Shown here one piece after another: positions 62,933 through 64,000 of a stretch of 64,000 nt of DNA; position 1 is the stretch's first letter; each line of letters starts with the position of its first letter. The notes below the pieces were generated by a model. The model worked only from the letters and a program-made list of their open reading frames with translations. It ran no database searches and had not been told where the DNA came from. Origin of the DNA: Schmidtea polychroa (Eukaryota); NCBI GenBank assembly GCA_044892525.1, contig CM097885.1, forward strand, positions 65,348,001 to 65,412,000, written 5' to 3'. The position numbers were made by a program, and so were the translations under genes.

Positions 62933-63295
62933 ACGATGTCTAATATTTTTAGAACGATGCCTAATATTTTTAGAACGATGCCTAATATTTTAGAACGATT
63001 ACGTCATACTTTTAGAACGATGCCTAATATTTTTAGAATGATGCATAATATTTTTAGAATGGTGTCTCTTATTTTTAGAACGATTACATCATACTTTTAG
63101 AACGATGCCTCTTATTTTAGAACGATGTCTAATATTTTAGAACGATGCCTATTATTTTTAGAATGATTACGTCATAATTTTAGAACGATGCCTAATATTT
63201 TTAGAACGATGCCTATTATTTTTAGAATGATTACGTCATAATTTTAGAACGATGTCTAATATTTTTAGAACGATGCTTAATATTTTTAGAACTAA
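62933..63295. repeat. Minisatellite, about 21-23-bp unit TTTTTAGAACGATGCCTAATA
   Basis: Many imperfect tandem copies, followed by (TTA)n at about 63350-63395. Confidence 0.9.
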
Positions 63296-63349
63296 TAATT
63301 TTTGTTTTAATTATCGATTACATAATAATTTAATTTGTTTAAATCGTTG

Positions 63350-63394
<45 letters not shown>

Positions 63395-63513
63395 ATTATA
63401 ATTATTAATATTATATACTCCTAGTCTATCCGACAAAATATTCTGTCCCCCTATGGGTACTGCTCACAAATGTACTACTCACATTCAACAAGTCACAAGG
63501 GTACTGCTCACAC

Positions 63514-63682
63514 NNNNNNNNNNNNNNNNNNNNNNNNNNNNNNNNNNNNNNNNNNNNNNNNNNNNNNNNNNNNNNNNNNNNNNNNNNNNNNNNNNNNNNN
63601 NNNNNNNNNNNNNNNNNNNNNNNNNNNNNNNNNNNNNNNNNNNNNNNNNNNNNNNNNNNNNNNNNNNNNNNNNNNNNNNNNN
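63514..63682. other. Assembly gap (N run) between two copies of a repeat
   Basis: 169 N; both flanks carry TATACTC..TCTATCCGACAAAATATTCT...GTACTACTCACATTCAAC. Confidence 0.95.
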
Positions 63683-64000
63683 ATTATTATCATATATACT
63701 CTTAATCTATCCGACAAAATATTCTATCCCTTTATGGGTATTGCTCATATGGGTAATGGTCAAAGGTGTACTACTCACATTCAACATGTCTCAAAGGGTA
63801 TAATATAATTATTATTAAATTCTGACCAACTTAAATCAATGAAGGGGTAGAACAAAAATATATTAAGTTGCGGTATTTTAAATTTAAAAATATTTTAAAA
63901 ACTTATTTTGACACTAAAGTTTACTTAATTAACAAAGACATAATTATTGCACATGCTTTGCATAAATATTATTATTTCTTAAATTTTCAATATTTTCTTT

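Noticed and set aside
62933-63295. CRISPR-like array
   Set aside because: Units are directly tandem with no unique spacers, and the context is eukaryotic.
63453-63808. Track ORFs spanning the N run
   Set aside because: Artefacts of translating through the gap.

Overview
Very AT-rich eukaryotic (animal-type) scaffold segment; the species cannot be determined from the sequence. Only three host genes look intact, and all three are single-exon: two rhodopsin-class peptide-receptor-like GPCRs (39225-40196 minus, 52063-53013 plus) and the splicing factor RBM39/Caper (56947-58314 plus). Most of the rest is a nested transposon graveyard: several Buster/Charlie-type hAT copies (one with an intact 606-aa transposase), Tip100/ZMYM1-type hATs, piggyBac, Tc1/IS630/mariner, Merlin, a MULE (FLYWCH) derivative, Ty3/gypsy relics, solo LTRs and a probable RLE-type non-LTR relic. 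The most unusual signal is a set of gag-bearing LTR-type elements in which I find no RT, RNase H or integrase. Instead they carry a REX4/ISG20-like exonuclease fold with substituted catalytic residues (two diverged copies), ubiquitin-like modules and an IAP-type RING. A further element end is fused to an RNF126/115-like E3 fragment. All domain calls were made by eye from hand translations, not by database search, and element boundaries without TSDs are approximate.
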